From Planctomycetota bacterium (GTDB lineage: Bacteria; Planctomycetota; UBA1135; UBA2386), in the NCBI GenBank assembly GCA_965228735.1, contig OZ245838.1, positions 6,400,001 to 6,464,000 of the forward strand: DNA of 64,000 bases, in the 5' to 3' direction. Of this stretch, positions 58,922 to 64,000 are shown piece by piece. Made by a program: the position numbers and the translations under genes. Every line of letters starts with the position of its first letter. The first letter of the stretch is position 1. The notes under the pieces are model-generated. The model was not told the origin of the DNA, did not search any database, and saw nothing but the letters and a program-made list of their open reading frames with translations.

Positions 58922-60907
58922 CTACCGGTCGGACGTCACGCAGCGCGCGTCGCCGCGGCGGCGCGCGTGCGTCTTGCGGAACGAGGCGTCCGCCGTCCAC
59001 GGCCCGAAATCGACGTCCAGCGGCAGCAGCAGCACGGTGTCGCGATCGGCCTCGTGCCGGCGGCCGGGCTCGAAGTCAGCCGTGTAGCGCGCGACCCTGC
59101 TGATGCGCACGTCGTCGACCTTGCCGCGGAAGAACGACACGGGCCGGCCGCGGCGGTCCGGGTCCGCCCCGATGTAGAGCGGGTGACCGTTGCGCGTGCG
59201 CTTGCCGCTGCCCGCGCTCTTGCTGACGAGTTGGCCGTCGAGGTAGAGCCGCACCTCCTTGCCGTCGAACACGCCCGCGAGGTGGTGCCAGCGTCCTGGC
59301 TGCAGCGCGCCCTTGTCGCCGCGCGCCGACACGTACTTGCCGTTGAGGTGGACGGAGAAGTCCGGTTGGCCGTCGCTGCAGAACAACGCGAACTCGCTGC
59401 TCTCCGTCTTCGCGAGCACGGCGCGCCGCCCCTGGAACTCGTCGCCGTTGAGCCAGAGCTCGACCGTCAGCGGCCCATCCGCGAGCTCGAACCGGTCGGA
59501 CGCGATCGCGAGACAGTCGCTCCGGCCGTCGAGGGTGAGCACGCCGTCACGATCGGTGCGCGCCGCGTCCGCGATGTCGGCCGGCGGCGGCAGGTCGAGT
59601 TCGTTCGTGCGGCTCGGGATGCTCATCCGCCGCCCGGTCGCGAGGTAGTCGCAGCGCGTCTCGAGCGCGGGCATGGCGAACTGCAGGCGCTCGGCGAGCG
59701 GCGCCTCGTCGTCGATGAAGCGCCGGATCCCGAACTCGGTGTTCGCCGACTCACCCGGCGCGATCACGAGGTGCTGGTGGTCGGGGCTGAACTGCCAGTC
59801 CGGCGTCCCCGTCGGCACGATCTCGAGTTCGATCGGGCGCGTCGTCGGGTTGTGATACGCGAGGGTCACGAGCGCGTTGACGCTGCCGTCGCCGTTCATC
59901 GCCTGCTTCGCGGTGCCGCCGGCCGCGACCTTCTGGATGCGCGGCTGCAGCGCGCGGTTGAGCTTGCCGATGTCGTCGCTGACCTGGCCCGTGATCTCCT
60001 GCGGATCCATCACCGTGCCGACCGGGAGCGTCGCGACCTTGATGCCCTCGGGGCGAACCGTCACGACGTTGAAGTGGTGCAGGTAGCCGCCGTCCGGCAC
60101 GTCCATCGACAGATGGCCACCGACGGTCGCGAGCGTGTAGTACTGGATGCCGTCGACGACGCCGTCGAACCGCATGCGGTGGATGTGGCCCGCGAACACG
60201 GCCGCCACGTTGCCGTTCTTCTTCAGCAACTCGTGGCAGCGCTCCCAGTCGTTGCCGTACTGCGGCAGCCAGCGCGGGTGATGCATGAAGACGAACACGT
60301 GCCGCGCGTCCTTCGCCCGCTTCAGCGTCTGGCCGAACCACTCGAACTGCGCTTCGCTCATGCGCTGGCACGACGGCTTGCCGAAGTTCTTCTCACCCGT
60401 GTCCGGGTTGCCCTCGTCGGTGTAGAGCGCGATGAACCAGCACTGCTTGTGCTCGACGGCATACCACAGCGGGCCGAAGTGCTGCTCGTAGTTGTCCTCG
60501 TGCTCGTTCCGCGGCCGATTCGGCCCGCGCCAGTAGACGTCGTGGTTGCCAGCGACCGGGAACCACGGCATCGAGAGCTCGGCCATCGTCTCGTTGTATT
60601 CCTTCGCCTGCGCGAGCCACTCCTTCGGCTGGTTGTAGCCGTTGATCAGGTCGCCGACCGTGAACACCAGGTCGGGATCGAGCAGGTTGGTGTCGTAGAC
60701 GGCCTGCTCGAGCACCTTGATGCCCTCGGCCGGACCGCCGGTTCGATCGCCGTAGACGATGAAGCCGAACGCGTCGTCTTCCTTCGGCAGCGTCAGCAGC
60801 TGCCGGCCCGCCTTGCGGTCGGTGTGGAGGCGGGGGGACTGCGCGGGCGCGACCGCAGCACCGGTGAGCAGCGCGGTCAGGGTGACGAGAATCGTGTGGC
60901 GACGCAT
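58922..60907 (-). CDS. secreted calcineurin-like metallophosphoesterase with LamG-like domain
   Basis: YGDRTG, VGDLING, AGNHD, MHHP and AGHIH, then LamG-like WHHLAGVFDG..VRLYLDG and FRGKVDDVRIS. Confidence 0.88.
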   Translation of the reverse strand: MRRHTILVTLTALLTGAAVAPAQSPRLHTDRKAGRQLLTLPKEDDAFGFIVYGDRTGGPAEGIKVLEQAVYDTNLLDPDLVFTVGDLINGYNQPKEWLAQAKEYNETMAELSMPWFPVAGNHDVYWRGPNRPRNEHEDNYEQHFGPLWYAVEHKQCWFIALYTDEGNPDTGEKNFGKPSCQRMSEAQFEWFGQTLKRAKDARHVFVFMHHPRWLPQYGNDWERCHELLKKNGNVAAVFAGHIHRMRFDGVVDGIQYYTLATVGGHLSMDVPDGGYLHHFNVVTVRPEGIKVATLPVGTVMDPQEITGQVSDDIGKLNRALQPRIQKVAAGGTAKQAMNGDGSVNALVTLAYHNPTTRPIELEIVPTGTPDWQFSPDHQHLVIAPGESANTEFGIRRFIDDEAPLAERLQFAMPALETRCDYLATGRRMSIPSRTNELDLPPPADIADAARTDRDGVLTLDGRSDCLAIASDRFELADGPLTVELWLNGDEFQGRRAVLAKTESSEFALFCSDGQPDFSVHLNGKYVSARGDKGALQPGRWHHLAGVFDGKEVRLYLDGQLVSKSAGSGKRTRNGHPLYIGADPDRRGRPVSFFRGKVDDVRISRVARYTADFEPGRRHEADRDTVLLLPLDVDFGPWTADASFRKTHARRRGDARCVTSDR

Positions 60908-60977
60908 GGTGACGAGTATCCGCGAGTCAGGCCAAGATCCGGTGAGGATGCGCGAAAAGGTGCATGTGCTGGAGCGC

Positions 60978-62624
60978 CTACGGGATGACGAGGCGCATCG
61001 CGTCCGACGAGATCACCAGGTTGGCGGCCGTCGGATCGAGGGCGACCCACTGGATCCAGTACGTGCCCGGGGCGGCTTGTGACGGCGGCACATGAAAGAT
61101 GTGACTGTTGTATCCGCTGCCGTCGGGCGAAGTCTTCGTCGCGCCCAGCGGCAACGCGAGCAACGCGGGGCTGACGCCGAGGTGGACCTGCATCCCGAGG
61201 TAGAGGCTCGGCGCCGGCGACCCGACGAGGTCGACCATCAGTGCCGTGAACAGGCCCGGCGCGATCCGGTCGACGCCGACGCCGAACGTGTCGTTGCCGT
61301 GATACACGGTGCCGAGCGCCGAGATCCTCGGAGGGCGCGGGGTGTGCGGTGCCGTGCCGACGCCGAACGCCGTCGGCACGCGGACACTCTCGATCCAGAG
61401 TCGGGGGCGGTCGAACGGCGGCAGCTCGCTGGCCACGCGCGGGTCGGTCAGGCTGTGAAGCAGCGCCAGCAGCGCCGCGCGGCGGCGCGGGGTCAGCTGG
61501 CCGCGGATCGCGTCGACGAGGGGGTCCCGGTTGTCGGCGTGATCGCCACCCCGATCGTAGAACGCGAGCACGTCCGCCAGGGAGCTGCCGCTGCCGTCAT
61601 GGAACCACGTGCTGCGCAGCGCCACGTTCCGCAGGTCCGGCACCCGGAACTTGCCGCGATCCGCTGTGGCGCCCGTCACCTGCGCGCGCCCGAGATCCGT
61701 AGCCGGTGGTCGCACGCCGGTGTTGCGGAAGTCCTCGTGCACGGGGCCCGTAGCGAGAACCGCCGCGCTCAGGCCCGTGTGGCAATCGGCGCAGAACCGC
61801 TCGAAGACGGTCAGGCCGTGGCGCGCGAGCGGCGAAAGCGTGCCCTGTCCGGCGAGGTAGCGATCGAACGGCGATCCGTCGCTCACGAGCGTGCGTTGAT
61901 ACGCGGCGAGCGCGAACGCGATCCGGGTCGGCGTGATCTCGGGTGTGCCGAACGCGCGGGCGAACAATGCCGGGTACCGTCGGCCGCCGATCCAGCTCTG
62001 CATCGCGGGCGGCACGCGTTCCGCGACCGCGAGGGGGACGAGGCGCTCGATCAGCGTGGTGACGTCGCGCCAGTCGCGATCGACGTGCGCCATCTCCGCC
62101 GTGCTGAGCAGCGGCTCGAGGGCTTGATGTTCGAGAGCCGCATTCGCGGTCAGCACGATGTCGCCCGTCCTCGGGTCGCGGAACACACCGTCGGCGCGCC
62201 CGTCGACGAAGACAGACGGTTGGTAGGCGGAGTTCACGAGCGGTGGCGCGCGACGGTGCGAGACCTGCCACTGCACGCCGAACGTGGCGTTCGCGATCAT
62301 CAAGCCGCTGCTGTCATGCAGCGGGACGCCGGGTGAGCCGCGGCCGTCGTCGGCCGTCCCGAATACACCGTCGGCCCCCGGATGCACGCTGCTCGGTGCC
62401 CGAGGATCCGTGCCGTCCCGGCCCGGCACGTGGCACGTGCCGCACGCGATCGCGTTCGAGGACGCGAGCTGTTCGTCGTAGAACAGCGCCTTGCCGAGCA
62501 GGACCTTGTCGGGCGTGGTGGGGTTTCCCGCGGGCGTCGGCGGAGTCGGCCAGATCGACTGGGCTCGCACAGCGGCGAGCGCGACCAGGAGCACTGCCAG
62601 GAATACGTATGCGAACTGACGCAT
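60978..62624 (-). CDS. diheme cytochrome c peroxidase / MauG superfamily protein with C-terminal beta domain
   Basis: LGKALFYD, CGTCH, FVDGRA, CADCH, FRVPDLRNV, FHDG and VLAFY. Confidence 0.88.
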   Translation of the reverse strand: MRQFAYVFLAVLLVALAAVRAQSIWPTPPTPAGNPTTPDKVLLGKALFYDEQLASSNAIACGTCHVPGRDGTDPRAPSSVHPGADGVFGTADDGRGSPGVPLHDSSGLMIANATFGVQWQVSHRRAPPLVNSAYQPSVFVDGRADGVFRDPRTGDIVLTANAALEHQALEPLLSTAEMAHVDRDWRDVTTLIERLVPLAVAERVPPAMQSWIGGRRYPALFARAFGTPEITPTRIAFALAAYQRTLVSDGSPFDRYLAGQGTLSPLARHGLTVFERFCADCHTGLSAAVLATGPVHEDFRNTGVRPPATDLGRAQVTGATADRGKFRVPDLRNVALRSTWFHDGSGSSLADVLAFYDRGGDHADNRDPLVDAIRGQLTPRRRAALLALLHSLTDPRVASELPPFDRPRLWIESVRVPTAFGVGTAPHTPRPPRISALGTVYHGNDTFGVGVDRIAPGLFTALMVDLVGSPAPSLYLGMQVHLGVSPALLALPLGATKTSPDGSGYNSHIFHVPPSQAAPGTYWIQWVALDPTAANLVISSDAMRLVIP

Positions 62625-62631
62625 GGTCGGA

Positions 62632-63504
62632 TCACTCGCCGCCCGCGAGATGCCGCGTGATGTTGCGCCAGAGCGGCTGCGTGTAGCGATTGCCGTGCGG
62701 GTTCCGCCACTGGAAGAACTCGTCGCTGCCGATCCACGCGGTGCGGCCCTTGCCCGCGGTGCCGACGGCGACGACGAGCGCGGGCTTGCGCGCGACGGGG
62801 TTCTGCTCGTCGACGAGCAGCGCGCGGCCGGTGGGGGCGAGGCCGAGCGCGAGCGGCACGTAGCCGATCGGGGCGAGCTTCGCGAACGTGTCGCGGACCG
62901 ACGCGCCGTTCGTGCCGGGCTCGAGCACGAGGGCCGGGTCCGCGTTCGCGCCCGCGGCGGGCGTCACGCGACCGCGCTGGCGTTCGTAGCGCACGTCGCC
63001 CTGCGCCGGGGGACGCAGCAGCACGGGCAGGCGCCGTTCGAGCGCGTTGCCGCGGAAGTACTCCGGCACGGTCGGGCCGCAGACGAACGCGACGCCGCCG
63101 CCGTTGTCGAGGAACGTCGCGAGCGCCGCGCACCAACGGTCCTGCTCGGCGGGCTTCCCGAGGTCCTTCTCCAGGAGGTCGCGCGTGACATCGTGCAGAT
63201 ACACGACGTCGAACGCGGCGAGCTCCCTGGCCGTCCGCGGCAGCGCGACGGAGTTGAACGGTGAGTCGGCGTCGCCGACGAAGCAGGTGTCGAGCCGGAC
63301 GCTCGCGACCCGGGACAGGTCGTTGCGCAGGTAGCGCCACGCCCAGTTCGGCGCGCCGCTCACGAGCAGCACGCGCACGCGCCGATCGGGGGCTTCGCGG
63401 TTCGGCTCACCGGTCTGCGCGACGGTCGCCGCCGGCACCGCGAGCGTCGCGATGAGTGCGACGAGGAACGGCAGCGTGATGCGATGCGTGGTCGCCGAGG
63501 TCAT
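62632..63504 (-). CDS. secreted class I glutamine-amidotransferase-like (DUF1355-type) domain protein
   Basis: Signal peptide, VRVLLVSGAPNWAWRYLRN, FDVVYLHDV, FLDNGGGV, GKGRT and WR...Y...W. Confidence 0.65.
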   Translation of the reverse strand: MTSATTHRITLPFLVALIATLAVPAATVAQTGEPNREAPDRRVRVLLVSGAPNWAWRYLRNDLSRVASVRLDTCFVGDADSPFNSVALPRTARELAAFDVVYLHDVTRDLLEKDLGKPAEQDRWCAALATFLDNGGGVAFVCGPTVPEYFRGNALERRLPVLLRPPAQGDVRYERQRGRVTPAAGANADPALVLEPGTNGASVRDTFAKLAPIGYVPLALGLAPTGRALLVDEQNPVARKPALVVAVGTAGKGRTAWIGSDEFFQWRNPHGNRYTQPLWRNITRHLAGGE

Positions 63505-63543
63505 GCCGCCGATCGTATCGTGAGCGGCTGCCGCGTGGGCAGG

Positions 63544-64000
63544 TCAGCGGTCGTTGTCGCGCTGCCGTTGCCGCGGCGCGAGCAACGGACCGAGCAACTC
63601 GGCCGCCTTGCCGCTGGCCGCCCGCGCGCGGCCGAAGTCGATCGTGAACGACAGGTCGGTGCCGTCCCGTTCGAGCTCGACGTTCTGCAGCAGCGGCGCG
63701 ACGGCGCGGAACTTCGGCGACTTCGCACCGCGTTCGAGCAGCGTCGTGATCGCGGCCGCCGTGACATCGAGACCCGCGTCCGCCTGCGGATGCCGGAGCA
63801 CCGCCTCGATCTGCAGGTGCGGGTCGTCCGGATCGCCGGTCGCGAGCAGCCGCACGAACAGGTAGCGCGGGCGTTCGCCGGGTTCCCATTCGACGCCCGG
63901 GAACAGCATCGGGAACAGGTCGCCCGCGAGCTGGTCGTCGCCGAGGTGTGCCGCGCTGTAGGCGAGCAGCCCCGGTTGCCGTTCGGACAACAGCGACAGG
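63544..64000 (-). CDS. hypothetical protein, 5'-truncated by window edge
   Basis: Open frame with coding-like composition running off the window. Confidence 0.55.
   Translation of the reverse strand, partial: LSLLSERQPGLLAYSAAHLGDDQLAGDLFPMLFPGVEWEPGERPRYLFVRLLATGDPDDPHLQIEAVLRHPQADAGLDVTAAAITTLLERGAKSPKFRAVAPLLQNVELERDGTDLSFTIDFGRARAASGKAAELLGPLLAPRQRQRDNDR

Overview
Very GC-rich bacterial DNA (about 70% by eye) with roughly 50 genes. It most likely comes from a Planctomycetota genome, inferred from the PVC-type Ser/Thr kinase, the recO-bamD-lptE and ruvX-manC gene orders and a PEP-CTERM protein. Most of it is core chromosome: arfB, gdhA, RNase P RNA, ruvX, manC, an AsmA-like gene, ftsH-cdaA-cdaR-glmM-tsaB, recO-bamD-lptE, corC-like, hutI/ftcD, htrA, aceE-like, ispG, MFS transporters, ppk2/pap and a diheme peroxidase. 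I saw no tRNA, rRNA, CRISPR array, transposase or prophage gene. The most notable items are: (1) a stand-alone 68-aa histone-fold gene (12859-13065) with a lysine-rich N-terminal tail and a strongly structured 3' flank; (2) a tightly coupled three-gene operon encoding an outer-membrane porin, a heme-c/type-1-copper fusion protein and an orphan histidine kinase (44796-48860), a candidate trans-envelope redox or gas sensing system; (3) a PAS-GGDEF-EAL protein whose ETR1-type ethylene/Cu-binding domain is intact (22450-24465); (4) a MauG-like diheme enzyme lacking the inter-heme Trp; (5) widespread apparent leaderless transcription; (6) recurrent ~15-bp tandem duplications. All family calls come from motif recognition by eye, with no database search. 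Several start codons were trimmed relative to the supplied ORF track.
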